DNA from: an uncultured Merdimonas sp.
GTDB lineage: Bacteria; Bacillota; Clostridia; Lachnospirales; Lachnospiraceae
DNA: 64,000 nucleotides
NCBI GenBank assembly: GCA_944375725.1
Contig: CALWAZ010000090.1
Span: 4,342 to 68,341, forward strand
Direction: 5' to 3'
The notes beneath the pieces were generated by a model. It saw only the letters and a list, made by a program, of their open reading frames with translations, was not told the origin of the DNA and did no database searches. The position numbers were made by a program, and so were the translations under genes. Below are positions 48,846 through 57,998 of this stretch, piece by piece; the stretch's first letter is position 1, and every line of letters starts with the position of its first letter.

Positions 48846-50726
48846 CCTTCCGTGGTACATATCGCTGAAAATCCCGTTCCGGCGGATCAGCTCCTCATAT
48901 TTCCCGGATTCCGTGATTCTTCCTTTGTCAAATACCAGAATGGTATCGCAGTTTTTCAGAGTAGTCAGCCGGTGGGCGATGGAAATGACTGTCATGGGAG
49001 TCTCCTTCATAAGCTTTTCGATTTCCAGCTGGATATGTTTTTCCGAGGTGTTGTCAAGGGCCGAGGTGGCCTCGTCCAGAATCAGAATTTCCGGTTTCCG
49101 GAGAAAAATCCGGGCAATGGCGATTCTCTGACGCTGGCCGCCGGACAGATTCCCGCCGCCTTCGGCGACCAGCGTATCAAATTTTTCCGGAAGCGACTGG
49201 ATAAAATCATACAGATAAGCCTTTCTGGCGGCCTTCTCCACATCCTCCAGGGGAATCCGGCCGTCCAGGCCATAACAGATATTATCGTAAATGGTACCGG
49301 CGATCAGGAAAGGGCTCTGGGGCACCAGAGCGATTTTTTCCGCGATCTCATTTCGTGTCAGCCGGGCAAGATTTTCCCCATGAATATAGACTTCGCCCTC
49401 CCAGGGCTCCATTTTGCATAAGATTTTAATAAAGGTGGATTTGCCGCAGCCGCTTGGGCCTGCGATACCCAGAAAACTTCCCTTTCTGACCGCAAGGCTG
49501 ATGTGGCGGAGCACGGGTTCTTCCTTATCGTAGGAAAAGGACAGATCCTTTACGAGGACGCTGCAGTCTTCCTCCGGAGCGGCATTTTCTGCAGGGGACT
49601 GCTCCTGTAAAATGGGATTTTCTGCAGGGGGCAGCTCCTGTAAAACTGTGTTTTCTGTCCGGGACTGTTCCTGGAAACCGCTGTCATCCTTTTCGGAAGA
49701 CGGCTCTGAAGGAAGAGCGGCCGGAGACTCATAGGAAAAGTCGCAGGGCAGCTCCATCATCCGGAAGAAATCCTTTGCCAGAACCAGGGATTCCGAGAGC
49801 TCGTCAAGAATCCGGTGCAGCTCCTTCAGCGGCGTAATCAGCTGGATAAAGCAAAGATATGAGGTCAGCACGCTTCCCACGCTGATGCTTCCCTTTGTGG
49901 CGAGAAAGGTGGAGGTTCCGATCATGAGCACGGTAAATACAGCCTCGTTGATAAATTTGAGACAGTCGTATTTTGCCATCTGCACATGATGGCGCATTTC
50001 TTTTTTTCTCAAATATTCGGATTTTTCTCCAAACCGTTTTTCTTCCAGAGCCACACTGTCTGAAATCCGGATTACCTCAATGCCGTTCAGCAGTTCCACG
50101 ATGGTGCCGTCCATGGCAGACTTGGTCTCCAGAAGATCGACCCGGATGCCCTGCTGGGTGCTGATCTGCCGGAAGACGATGAGGGTTCCTGTGGGAATGA
50201 CCAGCAGCATGGGCAGGACCAGGATAGGGGGAAGTGTGCAGAAAATGGTGATGACGGCCGCGATGCTGTTGAAAACCGCAGGCGCGAAATCCATAAAAAG
50301 CAGCTTTTCCAGCTTTACCGTGCCCTCCAGACAGCGGTTCAGCCTGCCGTGGATATTGCCGGTCATATTCTCCTTGAAATAAGACAGAGGCGCCTTCAGC
50401 AGGGAGACAAGCACCAGTCCCCGGGCTTTCTTTTCTGTCTTTGTGGCAGTATCCTCCACCATGATTCTCCGTACTATTTTGATCAGCTCATTGGCCACGT
50501 TTACGATCAGGATAAAAAGCAGGAAAGGGATCACCTTCAAAAACGCAATCCGTTCCTGAATCAGAATATCATCGGTCAGCCAGCCGATGGCCTGCGGCGT
50601 CAGCTGTGACAGGCCTGCGGAAATCATCATAATGCAGATAATGAGCAGAAACTGAAATTTCTGCCCCGGTTCCAGCAGTTTGTACAGCCTGCGGAATACC
50701 GGAAGGATATTTTTCTGTTTTTTCAT
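48837..50726 (-). CDS. ABC exporter, fused permease/ATPase
   Basis: TM domain plus GPSGCGKST, LSGGQRQR, LDEATSALD. Confidence 0.92.
   Translation of the reverse strand: MKKQKNILPVFRRLYKLLEPGQKFQFLLIICIMMISAGLSQLTPQAIGWLTDDILIQERIAFLKVIPFLLFILIVNVANELIKIVRRIMVEDTATKTEKKARGLVLVSLLKAPLSYFKENMTGNIHGRLNRCLEGTVKLEKLLFMDFAPAVFNSIAAVITIFCTLPPILVLPMLLVIPTGTLIVFRQISTQQGIRVDLLETKSAMDGTIVELLNGIEVIRISDSVALEEKRFGEKSEYLRKKEMRHHVQMAKYDCLKFINEAVFTVLMIGTSTFLATKGSISVGSVLTSYLCFIQLITPLKELHRILDELSESLVLAKDFFRMMELPCDFSYESPAALPSEPSSEKDDSGFQEQSRTENTVLQELPPAENPILQEQSPAENAAPEEDCSVLVKDLSFSYDKEEPVLRHISLAVRKGSFLGIAGPSGCGKSTFIKILCKMEPWEGEVYIHGENLARLTRNEIAEKIALVPQSPFLIAGTIYDNICYGLDGRIPLEDVEKAARKAYLYDFIQSLPEKFDTLVAEGGGNLSGGQRQRIAIARIFLRKPEILILDEATSALDNTSEKHIQLEIEKLMKETPMTVISIAHRLTTLKNCDTILVFDKGRITESGKYEELIRRNGIFSDMYHGRLK
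49585..49678. repeat. 33-bp tandem repeat (about 3 copies) in the ABC exporter linker
   Basis: TTTTCTGCAGGGG..GCTCCTGTAAAA units encoding QE....EN. Confidence 0.75.
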
Positions 50727-50923
50727 AGCGTTCCCCTCTGTTTTTCTGCGCGGGCGCGGCGGGACATGAGGAGCCCGGGCGCCGGCTTGTCACGGCCCAT
50801 TATAACACTCCGCTGCCGCGGCGGCAAACAGGAATGCTATTTGCCAGAAATATGTTGATTTGTGTCTCTTTTTCCTATATACTGACACGTATTGGATGAT
50901 TACACGAAAGAGAGGAATTATGA

Positions 50924-52252
50924 ATGAATAACACTACTCAGGCAAACGCCGAACTGATGAAGTTTGACGGAAAGCCTTCCTGGGGCGCGGTTTTCCCCCA
51001 GGCGATGCAGCATGTTCTTGCGATGCTTATCGGCAACATTACTCCGCCCATGCTGATTGCAGGTATCTGTGGTCTGAGCGCGGAGGAACAGATTATGCTG
51101 ACCCAGGCAGCGATGATTATCGGCGGTATTACCACGCTGCTGCAGCTGTTCCCGGTATTCGGGTTCGGCATGAAGCTGCCCAATGTAATGGGCGTAGCCT
51201 TTGCCTATATGCCGATCCTGACCATTATCGGAGCCAATTATGGTATAGCGGCCATTTTCGGCGCTCAGCTGGCAGCCGGTTTTGTATCGATTTTTATCGG
51301 GATGTTTATCGGAAAAATCCGCCGGTTCTTCCCGCCCATTGTCAGCGGCACGGTGGTTATGAGTATCGGTCTGTCACTGTATCAGACGGCCATCAATTAT
51401 ATCGGCGGGGGTTCCGCGGCCCAGAATAACGGGACTTTTGGATCAGGAAGATTCTGGATTCTGGCAATTCTCACGCTGATTGTGACGCTGGCCTGCAACT
51501 TTTTCGGCAAAGGCCTTCTGAAGGCCTCCGGCATGCTGATCGGTATCATCGTGGGTTATATCGCTGCCCTGATTATGGGAGATGTGGTCAGCTTTGCGGA
51601 TCTTCAGACCGCGTCCTGGTTTGCCCTGCCCCGTCCCTTCTACTTCGGGCTGGAGTTTCATCCCGACGCGATCCTGATGATGATTCTCATGTATGTGGTT
51701 CAGGCGGTTCAGACCATCGGCGACGTGTCCTCCACTACCATGGGAGGCTTTGGCCGTCAGTGTACGGATAAGGAGCTGGGAGGAGCTATCAAGGGCCAGG
51801 GACTGTGCGGCATGATTGGAGCCTGTATCGGCGGCCTTCCCACAGACCCCTATAGCCAGAATGTGGGCCTGATCTGCACCACCAAGGTAGTTTCCAGAAG
51901 GGTCTTCACCATGGTAGGTGTCATCATGCTGATAGCAGGCGTCTTCCCGAAATTCAGCGGCCTGATGGCCACGATTCCCCAGCCTGTGCTGGGCGGAGCG
52001 ACTGTCACCGTATTTGCGGCTATTACCATGTCAGGTATCCAGCTTCTGAATGAGCAGCCGATGAATTACCGCAACAGAATGATTGTGGGTATCGCGCTGG
52101 CTCTGGGAATCGGCATCGATGCGGCGCCTGAGATCCTGCAGTTTGTTCCGGAACTTCTGAACAATATCTTTGGAAGCTCCCTGATGGTTTCCTTCCTGAT
52201 TGTGTTTATTCTGAATATCATTATTCCGAAGGATGACACGCCGGAAAGCTGA
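50924..52252 (+). CDS. NCS2 xanthine/uracil permease
   Basis: QHVLAM, FPPIVSG, YSQNVGL..TKV.SR, PQPVLGG. Confidence 0.92.
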   Translation: MNNTTQANAELMKFDGKPSWGAVFPQAMQHVLAMLIGNITPPMLIAGICGLSAEEQIMLTQAAMIIGGITTLLQLFPVFGFGMKLPNVMGVAFAYMPILTIIGANYGIAAIFGAQLAAGFVSIFIGMFIGKIRRFFPPIVSGTVVMSIGLSLYQTAINYIGGGSAAQNNGTFGSGRFWILAILTLIVTLACNFFGKGLLKASGMLIGIIVGYIAALIMGDVVSFADLQTASWFALPRPFYFGLEFHPDAILMMILMYVVQAVQTIGDVSSTTMGGFGRQCTDKELGGAIKGQGLCGMIGACIGGLPTDPYSQNVGLICTTKVVSRRVFTMVGVIMLIAGVFPKFSGLMATIPQPVLGGATVTVFAAITMSGIQLLNEQPMNYRNRMIVGIALALGIGIDAAPEILQFVPELLNNIFGSSLMVSFLIVFILNIIIPKDDTPES

Positions 52253-52289
52253 AAACACCGGCAGACGGCGCACACAGTGCGGAGAAAAG

Positions 52290-52360
52290 AAACAGAGACA
52301 AAAATACGCCTGCGCGGAAAGCTCTTAAAGAGCCCGCGCAGGCGTATTTTGTCTATGTTT
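52290..52360. terminator. Bidirectional terminator
   Basis: AAAATACGCCTGCGCGG...CCGCGCAGGCGTATTTT. Confidence 0.7.
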
Positions 52361-52944
52361 CAGGTAACGCTCCGGAAGGTGATAGAGCCGGTCTCCGGAT
52401 CCATGGCATCTACGATGGCCAGGGATTCCAGCCGGTATCCCAGATTCCGGATCACGCGTCCGCCGATCTGGAAGCCTTTTTCCACGGCAATGCCCAGTCC
52501 CTCCACCGTGGCTCCCGCAGCCTCCACGATGGAAATCAGTCCCTGGAGGGCGCAGCCGTTCGCAAGAAAGTCATCGATGATCAGAACATGATCCTCCGGA
52601 CCGAGAAATTTTTTGGATACGACTACCTGATTCCTGTTCTTGTGGGTAAAGGATTCCACCTCAGCCACATACATGTCGCCGTCGATATTGATGGATTTGG
52701 ATTTTTTGGCGAAAACCATGGGAACGCCAAATTCATTGGCCACCGGATAGGCGATGGCGATGCCGGAAGCCTCGATGGTCAGAACCTTTGTCACAGGACA
52801 GTCCGCGAACCGGCGGTGAAACTCCTTTCCGATTTCATTCATGAGGGCAATGTCCATCTGATGGTTCAGAAAAGAATCCACCTTGAGGACGCCTCCTGGC
52901 TTTACAATGCCGTCTTTTGCAATTCGTTCTTCTAAGAAATTCAT
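52360..52944 (-). CDS. xpt: Xanthine phosphoribosyltransferase
   Basis: [30 protein letters not shown]. Confidence 0.95.
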   Translation of the reverse strand: MNFLEERIAKDGIVKPGGVLKVDSFLNHQMDIALMNEIGKEFHRRFADCPVTKVLTIEASGIAIAYPVANEFGVPMVFAKKSKSINIDGDMYVAEVESFTHKNRNQVVVSKKFLGPEDHVLIIDDFLANGCALQGLISIVEAAGATVEGLGIAVEKGFQIGGRVIRNLGYRLESLAIVDAMDPETGSITFRSVT

Positions 52945-53082
52945 GGGGTACCTCCTAAAGATTGGGAACAGTATACCATATTCCCTGTGAGTTGTCATCC
53001 ACTCTGTTTTGAGGGCGGCCGGGCAGCCGGAAACGCTCCGTCTGTTTTTTGTGCATGTTTTATCCAAATGGGGGAAGTTAGC

Positions 53083-53111
53083 TTGACATAATGCGAAAAT
53101 AAGTATAAAAT
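53083..53111 (+). promoter_or_regulatory. Sigma-A promoter of rny
   Basis: TTGACA-17-TAAAAT. Confidence 0.7.
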
Positions 53112-53215
53112 TTAAATGTTGTATATAGCACTTGGCTGACAGATAAATACAGAAACAAGGGACTGGCAGCCGGGTTTGATTTTGTACAATGAAAATTAAA
53201 TAAGGAGGTGCTCCT

Positions 53216-54757
53216 GTGCCGTTTTATGTTCCGATAATAGTTGCACTTGTGTCGATTGTAGTTACGGCTCTTGTGACGACTTACGTGCGGAAGACGATGA
53301 TAGAGAAAAAAGTCGGAAACGCGGAAGAAAAAGCAAGGGAAATAATAGATGACGCATTAAAGGTTGCAGAACGGTCCAAGCGCGAGGCTTTGCTGGAAGC
53401 GAAGGAAGAATCGCTGAAGACAAAGAACGAGCTGGAAAAGGAAACGAAGGAACGCAGAGCGGAGCTGCAGCGTTATGAGCGCAGAGTGCTGGCGAAAGAG
53501 GAAGCTCTTGATAAGAAGTCAGACGCGCTGGAAAGACGGGAAGCAAGCTATGCGGCCAAAGAAGAGAAGCTGGCGAAGCAGAGCGCTGAGCTGAATAAGC
53601 TTCAGGAAAAAAGAGTGCAGGAACTGGAAAGAATCTCTGGCCTTACCTCCGAACAAGCAAAAGATTATTTATTAAAGACTGTTGAAGACGATGTAAAACA
53701 TGAAGCCGCCAAGCTCGTCAAGGAACTTGAGAGCAAGGCAAAGGAAGAAGCCGATAAAAAGGCAAAGGAATATGTGGTTACGGCGATTCAGAAGTGTGCT
53801 GCCGATCATGTGGCAGAGACGACGATCTCCGTTGTACAGCTTCCGAACGATGAGATGAAAGGAAGGATTATCGGGCGTGAAGGACGCAATATCCGGACGC
53901 TTGAGACTCTGACCGGAATCGACCTGATCATCGATGACACGCCGGAGGCTGTCATTTTGTCAGGATTTGATCCGATCCGCCGTGAGGTGGCACGTATCGC
54001 TCTTGAGAAGCTGATCGTGGATGGACGGATTCATCCGGCCCGTATTGAGGAAATGGTGGAGAAAGCCCAGAAGGAAGTGGACACCATGATCCGCGAGGAA
54101 GGCGAAGCAGCCGTTCTGGAAGTGGGAATCCACGGAATTCATCCGGAGCTGGTAAAACTTCTCGGAAGAATGAAATTCCGTACCAGCTATGGACAGAATG
54201 CGCTGAAGCATTCCATCGAAGTAGCCCATCTGGCAGGCCTGCTGGCCGGCGAAGTGGGCGTGGACGTGCGTATGGCAAAGCGCGCGGGCCTGCTTCACGA
54301 TATCGGAAAATCCATCGATCACGAGGTGGAAGGATCACATATTCAGATTGGAGCGGAGCTGTGCAGAAAGTACAAGGAATCTCCGATCGTTATCAATGCA
54401 GTAGAATCACATCATGGGGATACGGAGCCGACCTCCCTGATCGCCTGCCTGGTGCAGGCGGCGGATACCATTTCCGCTGCCCGTCCGGGAGCGCGCAGAG
54501 AGACCTTGGAGACGTATACCAATCGGTTAAAACAGTTAGAAGATATCGCCAACAGTTTTAAGGGCGTAGACAAGTCTTTTGCAATTCAGGCAGGTAGAGA
54601 GATTCGTGTCATGGTAGTTCCTGATCAGGTAGATGACGCTACTATGGTATTGCTGGCAAGAGATATTTCCAAGCAGATTGAGGCTGAATTGGAATATCCG
54701 GGCCAGATCAAGGTAAATGTTATCCGCGAAAGCAGGGTAACGGATTATGCGAAATAG
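53216..54757 (+). CDS. rny: Ribonuclease Y
   Basis: TM anchor, coiled coil, KH ([10 protein letters not shown]), HD (LLHDIGK). Confidence 0.97.
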   Translation: MPFYVPIIVALVSIVVTALVTTYVRKTMIEKKVGNAEEKAREIIDDALKVAERSKREALLEAKEESLKTKNELEKETKERRAELQRYERRVLAKEEALDKKSDALERREASYAAKEEKLAKQSAELNKLQEKRVQELERISGLTSEQAKDYLLKTVEDDVKHEAAKLVKELESKAKEEADKKAKEYVVTAIQKCAADHVAETTISVVQLPNDEMKGRIIGREGRNIRTLETLTGIDLIIDDTPEAVILSGFDPIRREVARIALEKLIVDGRIHPARIEEMVEKAQKEVDTMIREEGEAAVLEVGIHGIHPELVKLLGRMKFRTSYGQNALKHSIEVAHLAGLLAGEVGVDVRMAKRAGLLHDIGKSIDHEVEGSHIQIGAELCRKYKESPIVINAVESHHGDTEPTSLIACLVQAADTISAARPGARRETLETYTNRLKQLEDIANSFKGVDKSFAIQAGREIRVMVVPDQVDDATMVLLARDISKQIEAELEYPGQIKVNVIRESRVTDYAK

Positions 54758-54765
54758 GAAAGACG

Positions 54766-54794
54766 AAGGATGCCGCTTCAGCGGCATCCTTTTT
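54766..54794 (+). terminator. Intrinsic terminator after rny
   Basis: AAGGATGCCGC-TTCA-GCGGCATCCTTTTT. Confidence 0.8.
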
Positions 54795-54843
54795 CGATCC
54801 CCACAGGATTTTTATAAAGAATACAGAGAGAAGGAGAAGCGAT

Positions 54844-55641
54844 ATGGCCAAAATAGGATTTATTGGAATGGGAAATATGGGTTCTGCTCTTCTGAAGGGG
54901 CTGCTGAAGGAGTTCCCGGCAGAAGATCTGGTGTTTACGGCCAAGACGGAAGAGACAAGGCGCAGGGTATACGCGGAAACTCAGGTCACCTATACCCAGT
55001 CAAACGCGGAATGCGCCAACAGCTGCAAATACGTGGTGCTGGCGGTAAAACCCCAGTACTATCCCCAGGTGCTGAAGCAGATACGCTACGCGGTCACAGA
55101 AAATCACGTGGTGATTTCCCTGGCCCCCGGCATTACCATCGAACAGATGAAGGAAGCACTGGGCTCCGATAAAAGAATCGTCCGCGCCATGCCGAACACA
55201 CCGGCCCTGATCGGAGAAGGCATGACGGGCTTAAGCTATCTGGCGGAGGAGCTTGAGCAGGATGAGATTGATATGGTACATAAAATTTTCGGTTCCGTGG
55301 GAAGATACGCGGACGTGGAGGAACGCATGATGAGCGCTGTGGTCTGCGCCAGCGGAAGCTCCCCGGCCTTTGTGTATCAGTTTATTGAGGCATTGGCGGA
55401 TGGAGCTGTCCAGTATGGCCTGCCCCGGGCCCAGGCCTATGATTTTGCCGCCCAGGCAGTGCTGGGAGCGGCCAAAATGGTTCTGGAGACCGGAAAGCAT
55501 CCGGGAGAGCTGAAAGATCAGGTATGCTCGCCCGGCGGCACTACCATCGCGGGTGTGGCCGCGCTGGAAAACGCGGGATTCCGGGGCGCTGTCATGAAAG
55601 CCTGCGAGGCCTGCTATGAAAAATCCGAGTCCATGAAATAG
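54844..55641 (+). CDS. proC: Pyrroline-5-carboxylate reductase
   Basis: GMGNMG, AVKP, RAMPNTP, VCSPGGTT. Confidence 0.95.
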   Translation: MAKIGFIGMGNMGSALLKGLLKEFPAEDLVFTAKTEETRRRVYAETQVTYTQSNAECANSCKYVVLAVKPQYYPQVLKQIRYAVTENHVVISLAPGITIEQMKEALGSDKRIVRAMPNTPALIGEGMTGLSYLAEELEQDEIDMVHKIFGSVGRYADVEERMMSAVVCASGSSPAFVYQFIEALADGAVQYGLPRAQAYDFAAQAVLGAAKMVLETGKHPGELKDQVCSPGGTTIAGVAALENAGFRGAVMKACEACYEKSESMK

Positions 55642-55717
55642 GATATTTCCGGTGAAATCGTATCATGAAATGGAAAAGCCTCTCATACACTGATCAGTGT
55701 ATGGGAGGTTTTTTGGT

Positions 55718-56308
55718 ATGAAGGGAATCCGCCTGAAGGGCCGCAATCTGTTTCTGACGCTGTTTTTGACGGGATTTGCCGCAGGCGTGCTGTATATAGC
55801 TCTGTTCGGGAGGGCAGCGGTCCATGAGACGACTCTGATGAGCGCTTATTTTTTCACAAAATACCAGCAGGTGGAGTTTGCCTCTGACGAGCTGTTTCTT
55901 TATACGCTGAAATCCCGGATGTCCGTGTTTACAATCCTGTGGCTGACAGGGCTGACGGTGCTGGGAACCGCCGCGGTCTGCGGGTTTCTGCTCTGGATAG
56001 GGGCCGCGCTGGGGATCACAGTGACCACCGCGGCCATAAAAATGGGGCCGGCGGGTATCCTTCTGTGCGCCGCGGCGGGGCTGCCTCATTTTATCCTCTA
56101 TATTCCGGCCGGTTGCTGGCTGCTGAAAAAAATATCCTCCATGTCCGGCAGCAGGGAATGGCGTACCAGGCAGTGGAATGACGGAAAGCAGGCATTCTGC
56201 CGGTATCTGCTGGTATGGGCTGCGGGCGCCGCGGTATTTCTGGCAGGGGCATTTCTGGAAAGTTATGTAAATCCCATGTTTTTAAAAACGGCTCTGGCAT
56301 TCATATAA
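55718..56308 (+). CDS. spoIIM: Stage II sporulation protein M
   Basis: TM protein with LPH...Y and LESYVNP; upstream of xerD; CATACACT sigma-E-like -10 at 55684. Confidence 0.8.
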   Translation: MKGIRLKGRNLFLTLFLTGFAAGVLYIALFGRAAVHETTLMSAYFFTKYQQVEFASDELFLYTLKSRMSVFTILWLTGLTVLGTAAVCGFLLWIGAALGITVTTAAIKMGPAGILLCAAAGLPHFILYIPAGCWLLKKISSMSGSREWRTRQWNDGKQAFCRYLLVWAAGAAVFLAGAFLESYVNPMFLKTALAFI

Positions 56309-56583
56309 GGGGCTTTCCGATTTTCCGGCCAGGATACGGTAAAAAATTTTTTTATCAATGCTTTACAATATTTGGTGTCCGGAAAAACAGAGGAAACCAT
56401 ATCTTGTGGAATGGCGGGAAACCCCTGATTTTTTCGCAAAATACGGGAAAAAAGACCATTGCTTTTCTGCTTTTTTATTACTATAATGATACATACATCG
56501 GTTATCCGGCGGAGAATCCTGTGCCACAGGATTCTTTTTCAGTGGAGCCGGTATCATTGCGAATCGAGGGGCAGAGGGGTTTT

Positions 56584-57456
56584 ATGGAACAGGAAATTAA
56601 AGGGTTTGTTTCTTACCTGCATAATGTGAAAAAGACATCTCAGAATACGGAGCTTTCCTACAGGAGAGATCTGGTCAAAATGATGCGGTTTCTGCATGAG
56701 CAGAAGATAGACAGGCCGGAGGACGTGACGGAGACAAATCTGAATTCCTATATTCTGGATCTGGAAAAGAAGGGAATGTCTGCGGCGACCGTTTCACGGA
56801 ACATAGCCGCGATGAAGGGGTTTTATCTGTATCTTTGGAAGGAAGGCAGTATTTCCGCGGATCCGGCGGAAAATCTGAAGGCACCGAGAGTAAAGAAGAA
56901 GCTGCCGGATATTCTGTCGGTGGAAGAGATGGCCAGGCTTCTGGAACAGCCGGGAGACCGTACTCCCAAGGGCCTGCGCGACCGGGCCATGCTGGAGCTT
57001 CTGTACGCCACGGGAATCCGGGTGACGGAGCTGGTGTCTCTGCGGCTTGAAGATGTAAACTGGAAGCTGGATTATATTGTGTGCCGGGACAGAAACAGGG
57101 AGCGGATAGTACCCTATGGCTACCGGGCAAGAAAAGCTATGGAAAAATACATGAAAAGCGCCAGACAGGAGCTGATTGGGGATAAGGAATGCGAGATGCT
57201 GTTTCCCAACTGCTCCGGTGAGAGCATGAGCCGCCAGGGATTCTGGAAGCTTCTGAAGCAGTATGTGAAGCAGGCGGGGATCGAGACTGAGATTACGCCC
57301 CACACCCTGCGCCATTCCTTCGCCGCGCATCTGGTGGAGAATGGAGCGGATCTTCATATGGTGCAGGAGATGATGGGACATTCGGATATCTCCACGACCA
57401 TGCTTTACGCCAACCGGGCGCGGGAGATATATGATAAGGCGCATCCGAGAGGATAA
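56584..57456 (+). CDS. xerD: Tyrosine recombinase XerD
   Basis: RDRAMLELLYATGIRV.EL, HTLRHSFA.HL, GHSDISTT..Y; spoIIM-xerD synteny. Confidence 0.9.
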   Translation: MEQEIKGFVSYLHNVKKTSQNTELSYRRDLVKMMRFLHEQKIDRPEDVTETNLNSYILDLEKKGMSAATVSRNIAAMKGFYLYLWKEGSISADPAENLKAPRVKKKLPDILSVEEMARLLEQPGDRTPKGLRDRAMLELLYATGIRVTELVSLRLEDVNWKLDYIVCRDRNRERIVPYGYRARKAMEKYMKSARQELIGDKECEMLFPNCSGESMSRQGFWKLLKQYVKQAGIETEITPHTLRHSFAAHLVENGADLHMVQEMMGHSDISTTMLYANRAREIYDKAHPRG

Positions 57457-57622
57457 AAACAGGGAAAAGGACGGCCGCGGGGCTTTGCTATCCTGTGTTC
57501 GGACACCCCGCAGACGGCCGTATGCTTCCGGACGGACTAAAAAGCAGTCCGCCTGAATCATACGGCCGTCCGCGGAGAGCCGGACACTGGGATAACCAAA
57601 GCCCCGCGGCCTGTACTGTTTT
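57456..57622 (+). repeat. Long imperfect hairpin, copy A
   Basis: Nested stems AAAACAG/CTGTTTT, GGCCGCGGGGCTTT/AAAGCCCCGCGGCC, GACGGCCGTATG/CATACGGCCGTC, CGGACT/AGTCCG. Confidence 0.88.
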
Positions 57623-57814
57623 CGGCTCATATCTTTTTCATTACAGTGAATGCGTCCAGAACCACCCTGCCAAGCTGATAGGAAAGATACGAACCAAAGT
57701 TCGGAATGAGGGACTGATAAGGTGTCAGGATTACCATCCAGTATAGTTTTGATGTTCAATCTGAGATTCATTCCAAAAGTAATAATCTGGAAGCGGCTCC
57801 GGCTGTTATCAGAA

Positions 57815-57998
57815 AAAACATAACGCATGACATAGTACAGACCGCGGCTTTCTTCCGCTGCGGTGTCCGGCTTCCCGCGTACGGCTGTATGATTCAGGCG
57901 GACTGTTTTTGTCCGTCCGGAAGCATACAGCCGTACGTGGGATGTCCGAACACAGGCGGAAGAAAGCCGCGGTCATCTTATGTCACGCGTTATGTTTT
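57815..57998 (-). repeat. Long imperfect hairpin, copy B (inverted homolog of copy A)
   Basis: Stems AAAACATAACGC/GCGTTATGTTTT, GACCGCGGCTTTCTTCCGC/GCGGAAGAAAGCCGCGGTC, CGTACGGCTGTATG/CATACAGCCGTACG; reverse complement aligns to copy A. Confidence 0.88.

Noticed and set aside
52945-53080. Purine riboswitch upstream of xpt (also checked upstream of the permease at 50730-50923)
   Set aside because: No purine-aptamer consensus is visible, and promoter-like elements lie too close to the start codons.
56794-57828. 344-aa minus-strand ORF crossing the hairpin region
   Set aside because: It is mostly antisense to xerD, runs through a palindrome, and has no RBS or recognisable motif.
56584-57998. 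Integron interpretation (xerD as IntI; hairpin B with ACATAAC...GTTATGT as attC)
   Set aside because: The recombinase has ordinary XerD length and spoIIM synteny with no evident IntI insertion. Hairpin B is longer than typical attC sites and is paired through the spacer, and hairpin A lacks the core boxes.
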